64,000 bases of DNA from an uncultured bacterium (GTDB lineage Bacteria; Zixibacteria; MSB-5A5; CAIYYT01): assembly GCA_963726455.1 (NCBI GenBank), contig CAVSCK010000004.1, forward strand, positions 672,001 to 736,000. Direction: 5' to 3'. The position numbers and the translations under genes are program-made. The notes under the pieces were generated by a model. It did no database searches, was not told the origin of the DNA, and saw only the letters and a program-made list of their open reading frames with translations. The first letter of the stretch is position 1. Every line of letters begins with the position of its first letter. Positions 51,268 through 62,746 of the stretch are shown piece after piece.

Positions 51268-52827
51268 CTATTTGGGCTTCAGCGTCGCCACCGGCACGAT
51301 CATTTCCTCGAGCGTAATGCCGCCGTGCTGGAAGGTATTCTGGAATTTCGTGTTGTATTCATTGTAATTGGTCGGGTACACGAAATAGTAATCCTCGCGC
51401 GCAATGAGGAACGTGGTGGCAAGCGAAAATCTTGGCAGTCGGTACAATTCGGGGTTCTTGATCAATAAAGCTTCGCGCTGATCGCAATTCAGGTTGTCGC
51501 CGTACTTGTACCTCAGATTGGTCGACGTGTCGCGTTTGCCGTAAGCAACCGTACCGCGCGTTCCAAGCACGGCCCCATGATCCGTGGTAATAACGCAGGT
51601 AGCGCCAATTTGGGTGATATACTTGACGATGTCGAACAACGTCGAGTGGCCGAACCATGACCGCATCAGCGTGCGAAATGCGGCTTCGTCCGGCGCGATC
51701 TGCTGCAAGACCTTGGACTGCGAGCGGCCATGCGCGAGGATGTCCAGGAAATTAAAGACGATCGCATAGAGTGGTGTGTTTTGATAGGTCGCTAATCGCT
51801 TGACGAGCCCCTCTTCGTCGTTCAGGTCGTTCATCTTGAAATACTTCGGGTCGCCCGGAACTTTGATCTTGAGGCGCCGATACTGGTCGATCAATAATGA
51901 ATCCTCAAAGCGGTTGAGACTGCGCTCGTCCGAAGTGCCCCCTTCCCAGATCTCCGGTTTGTACTTTGCCAATTCATCAGGGAACATTCCGGAAAAGATG
52001 GCGTTGCGGGCGAAAGGCGTCGACGTCGGCAGAATCGAAAAGTAGTAATCGGTCTTGACGTCCAGGTATTCGGCAATGACCGGTTCAATGATCATCCATT
52101 GATCGAGCCGCATGCAGTCGACAACGATAAAGAACGTCGGTTTGTTGTCGTTGATGTGAGGCGCCACTATTGTTTTGAAGAGTGACGGCGACAACAACGG
52201 TCCGCTACCGTTTTTGAGCCAGCGTGGATATTCGCGTTCGATGTACTTGGCAAACTCGAGGTTGAATTCGCGTTTCTGGCTCAGATGGCTTTGCCTGAGA
52301 CCTTCATCCGTCATCCGCTCCAGATCGACATCCCAACGCGCCAGATTGCGGTGAATTTCAACCCAGTCTTCAGGCGTCGTGGGGCCGTAAAGTTTGGCAC
52401 GCAGGCCGTTAAATCGCTCGACGTAATCGCGCGTCAGATAGTCGTCCTGGATACGCCGGGAATCGAGAATCTTCTTGGCGACGGCGAGCACTTGTGACGG
52501 ATTTACCGGCTTGGTAAGATAGTCCGCGATATTCTTGCCGATGGCCTGGTTCATCAGATGCTCTTCTTCGGATTTCGTCACCATCACGATTGGTACGTGA
52601 GGCCTGATCTTCTTGATTTCTTCGAGCGTGGTCAGTCCATCCATGCCCGGCATCATCTCGTCCAGCAGGATCAGATCGAAACTCTGCTTGGTGACCGCAA
52701 TCAGTGCATCCTCACCCGACGCGACCGGCGTAATGTCGAAGCCCCTGCCCTCGAGTATTATGCGGTGCGATTGCAGCAGGTCAATTTCGTCATCGATCCA
52801 CAGGACTTTTTTCGTATCAACGACCAC
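51268..52827 (-). CDS. porX: PorX-like response regulator with PglZ (alkaline-phosphatase superfamily) domain
   Basis: LWIDDEIDLL..LDEMMPG..TKSEEE..YLTKPVNP; VDCMRLDQW; ILPTSTPFARNAIF; TTDHG; FQHGGITLEEM. Confidence 0.88.
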   Translation of the reverse strand: MVVDTKKVLWIDDEIDLLQSHRIILEGRGFDITPVASGEDALIAVTKQSFDLILLDEMMPGMDGLTTLEEIKKIRPHVPIVMVTKSEEEHLMNQAIGKNIADYLTKPVNPSQVLAVAKKILDSRRIQDDYLTRDYVERFNGLRAKLYGPTTPEDWVEIHRNLARWDVDLERMTDEGLRQSHLSQKREFNLEFAKYIEREYPRWLKNGSGPLLSPSLFKTIVAPHINDNKPTFFIVVDCMRLDQWMIIEPVIAEYLDVKTDYYFSILPTSTPFARNAIFSGMFPDELAKYKPEIWEGGTSDERSLNRFEDSLLIDQYRRLKIKVPGDPKYFKMNDLNDEEGLVKRLATYQNTPLYAIVFNFLDILAHGRSQSKVLQQIAPDEAAFRTLMRSWFGHSTLFDIVKYITQIGATCVITTDHGAVLGTRGTVAYGKRDTSTNLRYKYGDNLNCDQREALLIKNPELYRLPRFSLATTFLIAREDYYFVYPTNYNEYNTKFQNTFQHGGITLEEMIVPVATLKPK

Positions 52828-54103
52828 GTAATTCTTCCTTTCGTTCCTCTTCCGGGGGCGCGTAGGCCAGCGTTATCTGAAAAGTGGTACGCAGACGGGG
52901 AACCGACTCTTTTAGTTCGATTATGCCCAGATGGTACTCCTGTACAATGCGCCTCGCCAGCGTCAATCCCAGCCCCCAACCCCGCTTTTTCGTGGAAAAG
53001 CCCGTGTTGAAGACTTTCTTCTGAATGTTGGCTGGAATGCCGGCGCCGTTGTCGGTCACGCTTACAATGACGTCGCGATCGTCTCGATTCTTGTACGTTC
53101 TGATCGTGACTTCACCGGAAACCGGATCGCTGGCCTGCAGACTGTTCTTGATCAAGTTCTCGATAACCCAAGTAAAAAGCTCCGGATTTACTTTCGCGAA
53201 GATATCGGTTCCGGGCTCGAATATGATCTTGACGCCCTTACCCTGATGCGGCAGCCGTGAGATATAGTACCCCGCGACCTCGTCAATCAGTGGGTTGAGA
53301 TCCATCCGTGTTGTGTCCGGAATCGAACCGATTTGACCGAAGCGGTTTGCCACCCGGTCAAGCCGCTTCATATCGTTGTTCATGCGCTGCAGGACTGTAC
53401 TAATGTCCTGCGCGCCGTCCGAGGTGCTTTTTAGTCGGCCCGCCATGACCTCTTGCTCCATTAATTCCAGCCAACCGAGCAGGGAAGAGATCGGCGTGCC
53501 GAGTTGATGCGCGGTTTCCTTTGCCATGCCCACCCAGATGTTGCGCTGCTCGGAGCGCTGGATGTTGCGGAATCCGACGAAACCGACGACCAAGAAGACG
53601 CCAACGACGCCAATCTCGATGATCGGCATCAGTTGCAGTTGATTGACAAGGGGCGGATAGTCGTAAAGAATGTACTGAATGATCTGTCCATCCCACTGAA
53701 CAGGGATTTCGCCGTTATCGTGAATCATCTTGTCCTTGTGTCGCAGAATCCGCTCGTGTGCTGTGCGTGTGGTGTCATTGTCGGCAACATCAGGGATGCG
53801 CGCCCAAAGGACGGGCTCGTGGTTACGGTCAGTGACAATGATCGGGAAATATGCCTTTTGAATTATTTCGTCGAAGATTACGGCGTTTACGCGGGGAGAC
53901 GAATCCTCGGCTCCGGCCAGTTCCCACAGCTTGGCCCACATCCGGACGTCACGTTTCACATTCTCCTGCAGCCCCCTGATCAGAAACTGCGTGTAAATCA
54001 TGAACAATGCGGCAACCGCAACGGTACCGAAAAAGATGAACCCCTTGAACATACCGGGCAGCGTGGAGAATCCAGATTGCCCGTTAAGGCGCTTGAAGGT
54101 CAT
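52817..54103 (-). CDS. Membrane sensor histidine kinase
   Basis: Two TM segments; WVGMAKETAHQLGTPISSL; WVIENLIKN; DNGAG; GWGLGL. Confidence 0.92.
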   Translation of the reverse strand: MTFKRLNGQSGFSTLPGMFKGFIFFGTVAVAALFMIYTQFLIRGLQENVKRDVRMWAKLWELAGAEDSSPRVNAVIFDEIIQKAYFPIIVTDRNHEPVLWARIPDVADNDTTRTAHERILRHKDKMIHDNGEIPVQWDGQIIQYILYDYPPLVNQLQLMPIIEIGVVGVFLVVGFVGFRNIQRSEQRNIWVGMAKETAHQLGTPISSLLGWLELMEQEVMAGRLKSTSDGAQDISTVLQRMNNDMKRLDRVANRFGQIGSIPDTTRMDLNPLIDEVAGYYISRLPHQGKGVKIIFEPGTDIFAKVNPELFTWVIENLIKNSLQASDPVSGEVTIRTYKNRDDRDVIVSVTDNGAGIPANIQKKVFNTGFSTKKRGWGLGLTLARRIVQEYHLGIIELKESVPRLRTTFQITLAYAPPEEERKEELRGR

Positions 54104-55371
54104 TCGATTAGTTCTACTCCACCGAGATAAGGTCGCAACACGTCGGGCACAACTATTTTACCCTCAGCGGTCTGATAGTTCTCAATAATTGCTATCACCG
54201 TTCTGGGCAACGCTAAACCCGAGCCGTTGAGCGTGTGCGGATAGATTGGTTTTTCCCCTTCGGAAGGACGATAACGCAAGTTCATCCGGCGTGCCTGAAA
54301 ATCGCCGAAATTTGAGCAAGAGGAGACTTCCAGGTACTTTCCGACGCCGGGCGCCCAGACTTCCAGATCATAGCACTTGGCAGCGGCAAACGACAGGTCA
54401 CCTGACGCCAACGCGCTGACGCGGTAATGCAGCCCCAACAATTGCAGAATGGACTCGGCGTTAGCCGTAATGATTTCGAGTTCGTCGTATGACGTTTCCG
54501 GCCTGACAATTCGCACCATTTCCACCTTGTCAAACTGGTGTACCCGAATCAGGCCGCGCGTGTCTTTCCCCGCTGCTCCTGCTTCACGGCGGAAACAAGG
54601 TGTATAGGCCACAAACAATTTGGGCAGTTCGTCGCCGTTGAGAATCTCGTTGGCGTAGATATTCGTCACCGGCACTTCGGCAGTCGGGATCAGATAGAGA
54701 GTCTCATCCGAGAGTTGATACATATCCTCAGCCATCTTCGGAAGCTGGCCGGTGCCCGTCATTGTCTGCCGGTTCACCATAAACGGCGGCATCACTTCGA
54801 CGTAGTGGTGCCGCGTGGTGTGGACGTCCAACATGAAGTTGATCAGCGCGCGTTCCAATTTCGCACCGATTCCGGTGTACAAAATGAATCCCGAGCCAGC
54901 CAGTTTCGTGCCGCGTTCGAAATCCACCATTTTCAATTTAGTCGCCAGTTCCCAATGCGGTACCGGCTTGAAATCGAATTTGGGCTGAGTGCCCCATTGA
55001 CGAACTCCCACGTTAGAGGATTCATCCTTGCCCACCGGTGTCGTCTCGTGGGGCAGGTTCGGCACCATAAGCAGTAGAGCGTTCAGCTCATCCTCAATCT
55101 CGCGCAAAGTCTGCTCGCGCTGACTGATGGTTTGGCCGACCTCTTTCATGTCGGCAATTTGTGCGGTTGCATCCTGCTTGTTCTTCTTCATCACGGCAAT
55201 ATCGCCGGAGACTTTGTTGCGACGTTCGCGCAACTGCTCCAATTCCGTCAGCAGCTCGCGACGGCGGCGATCTACGTCCAAAATCTGATCTATATCAACG
55301 TTACTGAATTTTTTGCGGAGTCCTTCCTTGACCAGATCAGTATTGTCGCGAATGAATTTGATATCAAGCAT
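54100..55371 (-). CDS. serS: Serine--tRNA ligase
   Basis: MLDIKFIR, LIPTAEVP, FRREAG, RVHQFDKVE, EVSSCSN, HTLNGSGLA. Confidence 0.98.
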   Translation of the reverse strand: MLDIKFIRDNTDLVKEGLRKKFSNVDIDQILDVDRRRRELLTELEQLRERRNKVSGDIAVMKKNKQDATAQIADMKEVGQTISQREQTLREIEDELNALLLMVPNLPHETTPVGKDESSNVGVRQWGTQPKFDFKPVPHWELATKLKMVDFERGTKLAGSGFILYTGIGAKLERALINFMLDVHTTRHHYVEVMPPFMVNRQTMTGTGQLPKMAEDMYQLSDETLYLIPTAEVPVTNIYANEILNGDELPKLFVAYTPCFRREAGAAGKDTRGLIRVHQFDKVEMVRIVRPETSYDELEIITANAESILQLLGLHYRVSALASGDLSFAAAKCYDLEVWAPGVGKYLEVSSCSNFGDFQARRMNLRYRPSEGEKPIYPHTLNGSGLALPRTVIAIIENYQTAEGKIVVPDVLRPYLGGVELIE

Positions 55372-55383
55372 CAGGGGGTTCCT

Positions 55384-57693
55384 CTATATCGATTGATTGA
55401 TTTCCACGTGATTGTGCTGATAACCGGGCACGATTTCGCGCAGGAGGTCCTTGATTTCATCACGCGCCTGTTTGCCCGCAGCGCACTTGAGACGCTCCAA
55501 TTCGCCCTCGACGACCGGCCACTGATATTCCATCGGCCTGGCAACGAGGATGTTTTCGTGCTCCGAACTGGTAAGTCCTTCTTCATCAAATAGTTCTTCA
55601 GTCAGTTTTTCGCCGGGTCTGAGACCTATATAGGTTATCGGAATATCTTCGTCAGGCACAGCGCCGGAAAGTGTGATCATGGCCTTCGCCAGATCGACGA
55701 TCTTCACGGGTTCACCCATGTTCAGTACCAGGATATCGCCCGATTTTCCGATGGTCGCCGCCTGCATTACCAAGAGCGATGCCTCTTTGATCGTCATGAA
55801 ATAGCGCGTGACCTCTGGATGCGTGACTGTGACAGGTCCGCCGTTTTCGATTTGTCTCTTGAAGATTGGCACGACGGAACCGTCCGAGCCAAGCACATTG
55901 CCGAATCTCACAGTAATGAACGATACCTGCGAACGTTTGGCAAATCCCTGCACCACTATTTCGGCAACACGTTTCGTCGCTCCCATCACCGATGTAGGAC
56001 GTACGGCTTTGTCAGTCGAGATCATCACAAAATGGCTGACGTGATGCCGGTCGGCCAGTTGCGCCAAGTGCAGCGTGCCGAAGATGTTGTTGGCTACCGC
56101 TTCCTCCGGAAACATCTCCATAAAGGGTACCTGTTTGTAGGCGGCAGCGTGGAAAATCACCTCGGGATGAAGCTGAGTAAACAGTGCCTCCATCTTGTCG
56201 CGATCGTTGATGTCCGCGACATGCGGGTCGAGCAGACTGTCGCCGTTCTTCTCCTGCAACTCGAGGAATATCTCATAAAGCCGGTTTTCGGCCCTGTCCA
56301 ATATCGACAGGCGCTCCGGCTGGAAGCGCATCACCTGCCGGCAGATTTCCGAACCGATCGATCCGCCACCACCAGTCACCAGAATTCTCTTGCCACGAAT
56401 GAAATTGCCGAGCTTGGCGCTGTCGAGCCGTACGGGTGTTCGGCCCAATAGATCTTCAACTTTGATATTCCTGACCTGGCTAAGCGCGACCTGGCCGTTG
56501 ATAATTTCCCGCATCGGCGGCAACGACTTGAAATTCAAATGGGCGCGGCGACAGCAGTCGATCAGGCGGCGAATTTGGTCACCAGAGGCAGACGGGATTG
56601 CGATTATTGCTTCTGTTACTTTATGCTTGATAGCCAGTCGCTCAAGTTCATTACTGTATCCGAGAACCGGAATGCCGTGAAGACGCAGGCCCTGCTTGGA
56701 GGCATCATCGTCAATCAGTCCCACCGGTTTGTAACCCAGAGGCGTTTTTCGCAGCTCACGCAGCACCATCTCGCCTGCGGCGCCGGCGCCAATTACGAAC
56801 GTCCGTTTGCCTTGCAGCCAGAATTGGGGCAGCATCTCACGCCCCGCGCGCAGCAAGAATCGCGAGCCGCCGAGCAGCACGATCATAAGCAGCCAGTCGA
56901 TGACGAAGACGCCGCGCGGGATATTCGCGTAGCCAAGCATGTAAGTCGGCACCGCAATCAGCACCGTGCCGACGGTAACAGCTTTGAGAATCTGGGTGAG
57001 ATCGCTGATCGAAGCGTAACGATAGTATCCGGAGTAAAGCCGGAAATACAGAAACATACTGAAGCGCAGAATTATCACGACCGGCAAGCTGGCCCTCAGG
57101 CCAACGAGATATTCGTGCGGAATTTCGCCTTCGAAACGAATCAGGAAACTCAGGTAGTATCCGGCGGCGATTATCACCAGGTCGAGTGCGACGACAACCA
57201 GCTTGTGTGGCAGAAACAGCGGCGAGATGATCGTGTCGCTGTCGTCAATGGCCACCTGGTAACGCCGATAGAACAGCACCCGATTAAAGCTGAGTGTCAC
57301 AATCAATGACAGCCAGTAACCAAAGATGAGCACTTTCGATGTTGAGAAGAAAGATGTAGGATCCCCGAAATCAGCCATCACGAACAACATCAGCATGACG
57401 CCGAGCGAAACGATGTTGAATATTCGCAGGATTTCGCCGTACAGGTTCTGCGGAAAAAGTTTGCGCAAGAATCGCGACAGGAATATTAGGGCCAGCCAGA
57501 AGACGCTGACGACTACATTGGGTAGCCCATAGAAGTAACCGAGCGTGTCGGCAAAGTCTCCACGCACGGAGCGCAGATTGTGAAACAGGACGACTGCGAT
57601 CAGGAAGCAGATTTGCAGCATGAGCAGGTCGGCAACGAGCAGCCCGATTTCGTGGCGGGCGGTTGGGCGGACGGGTTTTGTCTGTTCCTGCAT
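55384..57693 (-). CDS. Nucleotide-sugar 4,6-dehydratase (CapD/PglF family) with an extended membrane N-terminus
   Basis: GAGAAG, LVTGGGGSIGSE, FHAAAYK, STDKAV, RFGNVLGSDGSV, GLRPGEKL. Confidence 0.92.
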   Translation of the reverse strand: MQEQTKPVRPTARHEIGLLVADLLMLQICFLIAVVLFHNLRSVRGDFADTLGYFYGLPNVVVSVFWLALIFLSRFLRKLFPQNLYGEILRIFNIVSLGVMLMLFVMADFGDPTSFFSTSKVLIFGYWLSLIVTLSFNRVLFYRRYQVAIDDSDTIISPLFLPHKLVVVALDLVIIAAGYYLSFLIRFEGEIPHEYLVGLRASLPVVIILRFSMFLYFRLYSGYYRYASISDLTQILKAVTVGTVLIAVPTYMLGYANIPRGVFVIDWLLMIVLLGGSRFLLRAGREMLPQFWLQGKRTFVIGAGAAGEMVLRELRKTPLGYKPVGLIDDDASKQGLRLHGIPVLGYSNELERLAIKHKVTEAIIAIPSASGDQIRRLIDCCRRAHLNFKSLPPMREIINGQVALSQVRNIKVEDLLGRTPVRLDSAKLGNFIRGKRILVTGGGGSIGSEICRQVMRFQPERLSILDRAENRLYEIFLELQEKNGDSLLDPHVADINDRDKMEALFTQLHPEVIFHAAAYKQVPFMEMFPEEAVANNIFGTLHLAQLADRHHVSHFVMISTDKAVRPTSVMGATKRVAEIVVQGFAKRSQVSFITVRFGNVLGSDGSVVPIFKRQIENGGPVTVTHPEVTRYFMTIKEASLLVMQAATIGKSGDILVLNMGEPVKIVDLAKAMITLSGAVPDEDIPITYIGLRPGEKLTEELFDEEGLTSSEHENILVARPMEYQWPVVEGELERLKCAAGKQARDEIKDLLREIVPGYQHNHVEINQSI

Positions 57694-57805
57694 AACTATA
57701 TAGTTTACAAACCGTTGGGGCGGCAGTCAACCGCTAAATTGACGAGTCATCCAGGTCTGAATTCGAGGACTGCATCAGTAGATCGCGCGGCGAATTACGA
57801 ATAAA

Positions 57806-58906
57806 TCAGGAAACGAACTTGAGGACAGATTCCGCAACATACTCTCGCTCTTGCTCTGTGAGTTGCGGATAGATCGGTATGGAAATCGCCTCCCTGGCGC
57901 AATGTTCAGCTATGGGCAAATCGCCTTCGCGATAACCGAGGTGACTGAAGCATTGCTGCATGTGCAGAGGCACAGGATAGTAAATCTCGAAACCGATGCC
58001 CAAACTTCTAAGATGTTCTTTCAAGGCATCACGGTTTTCGACACGAATTGTGTACTGGTTGTAAATGTGGTAAGCATATTCTGCGGCCCGTGGAATTCGG
58101 ATCTTGGTCCCGGCAAAGCGGCCGGAATAATAGTCCGCATTAGCTCGCCGAATAGCTGACCAGGAGTCCAAATGCGGCAATTTCGCCAATAGCACAGCAG
58201 CATGCAAAGTGTCAAGACGGGAGTTGTAGCCAACTTCCTCGTGATAGTACTTGACCGATGCGCCATGTGCCTTGAGACGACGCAACCGATTATTGAAGTC
58301 GTCAGAGTTCGTGACAATCAGTCCCCCGTCTCCGGGCGCTCCAAGATTCTTTGTGGGATAGAACGAAAAGCAGCCGACGTCTCCAATTGAGCCGGCCATC
58401 TTTCCTTTGTACTTCGAAGAGATCGCCTGGGCAGCGTCCTCGATCACGGTCAGATTGTGGCGCTGTGCAATCTTCGTGATGGCATCCATGTCAGCACACT
58501 GGCCGAACAAATGCACTGGCATGATAGCTTTGGTCTTCGGTGTTATCCGAGATTCGATCTGGTTGGCGTCGATATTGAAAGTGTTGTCCTCGACGTCGAC
58601 AAACACCGGAGTAGCGCCTAGATTATGAATCGTTCCCGCAGTGGCAAAGAACGAGAATGTGGTCGTGATAACTTCGGTGCCCGGACCCACTCCCGCAGCA
58701 CGCAAGGAAAGCAACAGCGCATCCGTGCCGGACGCCACTCCGATCGCGTGTTTGCAGCCGCAATATTCCGCGACGGCGGCCTCGAATTGCTTAACCTGCG
58801 GACCATTAATAAACTGAGTCTCAGCAAGTACGCCAAGCACTGCGTGGTCGATATCGCTCTTTAGAGATTGGTATTCTCGTTTCAGGTCGAGTAGCGGCAC
58901 GTGCAT
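57806..58906 (-). CDS. DegT/DnrJ/EryC1/StrS family sugar aminotransferase
   Basis: SGTDAL, PVHLFGQ, IEDAAQA, SFYPTKNLGAPGDGG, NSRLD. Confidence 0.95.
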   Translation of the reverse strand: MHVPLLDLKREYQSLKSDIDHAVLGVLAETQFINGPQVKQFEAAVAEYCGCKHAIGVASGTDALLLSLRAAGVGPGTEVITTTFSFFATAGTIHNLGATPVFVDVEDNTFNIDANQIESRITPKTKAIMPVHLFGQCADMDAITKIAQRHNLTVIEDAAQAISSKYKGKMAGSIGDVGCFSFYPTKNLGAPGDGGLIVTNSDDFNNRLRRLKAHGASVKYYHEEVGYNSRLDTLHAAVLLAKLPHLDSWSAIRRANADYYSGRFAGTKIRIPRAAEYAYHIYNQYTIRVENRDALKEHLRSLGIGFEIYYPVPLHMQQCFSHLGYREGDLPIAEHCAREAISIPIYPQLTEQEREYVAESVLKFVS

Positions 58907-58916
58907 GGGGGAATCC

Positions 58917-59664
58917 TTATTGATTTTCCAGAAGTTGCTCGGGCGGAACATCGCGAATGACCTGAGCCGGCGAACCAAGCACGATTTTGCGGTCGGGCGC
59001 GTCCTTGGTCAAGACCGACCCGGCAGCGACGAGGGCATCCTCGCCGACAACTTTGCCCGGCAGGATTGTCGAGTTGAGACCGACGCGGCCGCCGCGTTTG
59101 ACGGTGACACCCTTGAAGTGTTTGAATCGCTCCTTGGTGCGTCCCACGAAATTATCATTCGAGGTCGCAACACAGGGAGCCATGAAAACGCGGTCACCCA
59201 GTTCGGAATAGGCGGTCAGGTAGACGTTGGTTTCGAGTTTGCAGTAGCTACCGATCTTGCAGAAATTTTCGACGGCCACTCCCCGACCGATGATCGTGAA
59301 TTCGCCAATGCTCACGTTTTCACGGATGGTTGAGAGGTCTGCGATCAGGACTTTGCGCCCGATCACGGCGCCGGCGTAAATCACTACGTGTGTACCGATA
59401 ATGCATTCGTCACCGATTGTCGTCGGCGCCAATTGCTGCTCTTTGGTCACGGCAGAATTTGCGGCGCGCATCGGTTGTTTGCCGATTACGGCGCCATCAT
59501 CAATGCGAACATTCTTGCCGATTACCGTGCCCGGATGGATCACTACGTGCGATCCGATGGCACAACCTTCGGCAATTGTGACATTGTCGCCAACTACACA
59601 GTAATGCCCCAGGCTGTACGTCGCCGGCTAGCTGCGCGGACTTGGAAATTGCATTGTTATCCAT
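58917..59664 (-). CDS. Hexapeptide-repeat sugar N-acetyltransferase (WbpD-like), frameshift near the 5' end
   Basis: [IV]GxxxxI repeats; STILPG; AAGSVLTKD; GSPA. Confidence 0.85.
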
Positions 59665-59681
59665 GGCAGTGTTTCATTGCC

Positions 59682-61324
59682 CTATTTCGTCGCCTGGTTG
59701 ATCACCAGATAGATAGTCGCCAGATTTGCAATGAAGAAGCTGGTGTCCTTGAAGAGCTGCCACATGTTGACGCCCTTCTTCTGTGGCACCATGATCTTGT
59801 CTCCCATTGCCACCCTGGTTCCCCGGTCGGCTTTGATCAGCGCGCCGGTATTTGCCTTGATAATACGAATATCATGCTTGTTGGCCTTGTACCCGTAGCC
59901 ACCGGCCAGGCCGATGTAAAACTCGACTGTTTTGGTATCCTGATACGGAACCATTCCCGGATTGATTACGCGTCCAAGCACGGTGACGGCGAAACTCTTG
60001 CGGGGAATTGTAATCCGGTCGCCGTTCATCAACGGCACGTCGTGTTCGGCCTGTCCCTGCTGGAAAATTGATTCGAAGTTTACAGCCACCTTGCCGGGCG
60101 TGCGAGAAGATGTCTCCTTCAAATATTGGAGCTCGAAGTCAGTCAGTTTATCCGTCGACATCATCAGGAGCTGGTCGAAGCTGTTCTTAACTTCTTCAGC
60201 TCCGGTCAGCGATCTTCGTACCATCTCCGCCTCCGACAATGAAGCATCGGGAAGGAAGCCGCCGGCGCGGTCGACGAGCTGTTTGAGGGTGCGCAGATTG
60301 TCCTGAATTGGATATACACCCGGATACTTGACTTCCCCGACCAAAGTGACCTGCTCCTTGCGCCTGAAGCCGGAGAGTGTTCTCACAAACAGCCGGTCAT
60401 CCGGAATCAACGCCAGGTTCGCAGTCGATTTGCTGTCGGTTGTGACGGCGCGCAAATCTATCGGAATAGTTGTCTTCGTACCGACGTCATCGGAAAAACG
60501 CACCAACTCGGCGCCGTCCAGATCGGCGTCTACCGATATCCCGAACCCCAACGCCAAAAGATCAGATACGCGATCACCCTTGTGAAATTCGAACACTCCC
60601 GGCGCGTTGACGGCACCGTAAATCTCAACCTTGTTGAACGAATCAGAGACAACCGGAACGAAAATCACCTGGCCTTCGTGCAGATACGGGTTGGCATCGA
60701 CGGATCCGGTGGCATTGAAATAGGCGAGGTCTGCCCCGACCGTATCACGCCCGACGTTAACCAACTGAATGTTGCGCTGCGAAGCTTTGTACTGTAGTCC
60801 GCCTGCCAGCGATACTGCCTCAGAAACGCGGTCAGCCGCCGACACCGGAACGATGCCCGGTTTTTGCACCGCGCCGGTGACACTGATCTTGAATGACCGC
60901 ACCTTCGCCAACGCCACCGTAATCGTGCGATCGCGGTAACGCGAAAGCACTGTGGACATGATTTTCTCTTTGGCTTCTGCGAGCGTAAGCTGTGCAACGT
61001 TGACTTCCCCCACATCCGGCAATGCGATCACGCCTTCCGGCAGTACCTCTATAGTGAGGGGAGATGCTGACCCGCCATACAAGTCGATCACAAACACATC
61101 GCCCGGACCGACGATGTACAGCGCCGGATCGACTGCGCGATCAAGCAGACCGACGGTAGGTGGAATGGTTGTCTCGGGCTTTTTCTTTTCCTCTTCAATC
61201 GGTTGGGCCTGCGGCTTGGGGCGTAATTGCGGATATTCCAAGACCGTACGCCGTCAACGTACCGGTAAGAATCGACAGTCGCCAACAGCGCGAACAGATA
61301 TCGGTTAAGCTTGAATGATTTCAT
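59682..61324 (-). CDS. Polysaccharide export protein with multiple SLBB domains (Wza/KpsD-like), frameshift near the 5' end
   Basis: YIVGPGD; repeated V.G.V..PG and AGG motifs; signal-like [14 protein letters not shown] in an upstream frame. Confidence 0.85.
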
Positions 61325-61326
61325 CG

Positions 61327-62683
61327 CTATAGTATGTATTTCCTCAAATCCTCGTCTTCGATAATCTCTTTCAATGTCCGTTGCACCAGGGCGCGCGTGA
61401 TCTTCAGTCTTCTTCGTCTTGGCTTCCGGTACAGCGTACATGATGTCTTCCAGCACGGTCGACATGATCGTGTGCAGCCTGCGGGCGCCGATGTTCTCGC
61501 CCGACTCGTTCAGTTGCGCCGCCATCTTGGCGATTTCGTCTACGGCACTCTGTTCAAAAGTGACGGTCACGCCCTCTGTCTCCATGAGCGCTGTATATTG
61601 TTTTACAAGCGCGTTCTTCGGTTCGAGCAAAATCCGCACGAAATCTTTTTCGGTCAGCGAGTCGAGCTCTACTCTGATGGGAAAACGTCCCTGCAGTTCA
61701 GGGATCAAGTCTGACGGTTTCGTCGAATGAAATGCGCCGGCGGCAATAAACAGGATGTGATCGGTCTTAACCATGCCATACTTGGTGCTGACATTGGAAC
61801 CTTCGACAATCGGCAGGATATCGCGCTGAACGCCTTCACGAGAAACATCCGGACCACCGGTGTGTCCCTCACGGTCGGCGATCTTATCGATTTCGTCCAC
61901 GAACACGATACCGGAATTTTCGGCTCGCTCCAAGGCCTCAGCAACGACTTCGTCCATATCGATCAGTTTCGCCGCCTCTTCCTGAACCAGGTATCGCCGG
62001 GCTTCGGCGACGCTCAGCTTGCGGACTTTCTTCTTCTTGGGCATGATTCCTGAGAACATCTCCTGGAAATTCACGCCCAGTTCTTCCATTCCCTGCGGCG
62101 TGAAAATCTCCACCACCGGAAAACGATTTGCCGGCAGTTCGATATCGATCATGCGTTCGTCGAGGAACCCTTCCCGCAACTGGGAGCGAAGTTTGTCACG
62201 AGTGCGAAGATATTTTTCCTCGATCTCATCAACGGCAACCGTCTCCGTGGCATGTCTTCCCCGAGGACGCGGCAAAAGCAAATCCAGAATTCGTTCCTCA
62301 GCCAGCTCCTCGGCTTTGACCTGGACGGTCTCGGTCTTCTGACGTTTGACCATCTGTACCGACAGTTCGACCAGATCGCGAACCATCGATTCGACATCAC
62401 GCCCAACATAGCCGACCTCGGTGAACTTGGATGCTTCGACCTTGACAAACGGGGCATTGGCCAGATTCGCCAGACGACGGGCTATCTCCGTCTTTCCGAC
62501 ACCGGTTGGGCCGATCAAGATGATATTATTGGGGACGATCTCCTGGCGGATTTCGTCGGGCACCGCTTGCCGCCGCCAGCGATTGCGTAACGCTATCGCT
62601 ACCATGCGCTTAGCTTTATCCTGCCCAATGATGTATTTATCTAGTTCGGTAACGATTTCTTTCGGCGTCAAATACTTGTCCAA
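61327..62683 (-). CDS. hslU: ATP-dependent protease ATPase subunit HslU, frameshift near the 3' end
   Basis: [40 protein letters not shown]; the true C-terminus DEDLRKYIL is in a shifted frame. Confidence 0.97.
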
Positions 62684-62746
62684 AAATCCTCCACGTTTGC
62701 TCCCTGCCGAGGAGAGAGTATAAGCTCTGATAACGCCGAAATCAAT

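Noticed and set aside
61088-61326. C-terminal extension of HslU overlapping the SLBB gene
   Set aside because: The canonical HslU end (DEDLRKYIL stop) lies in a shifted frame ending at 61327; the extension is a frameshift artefact
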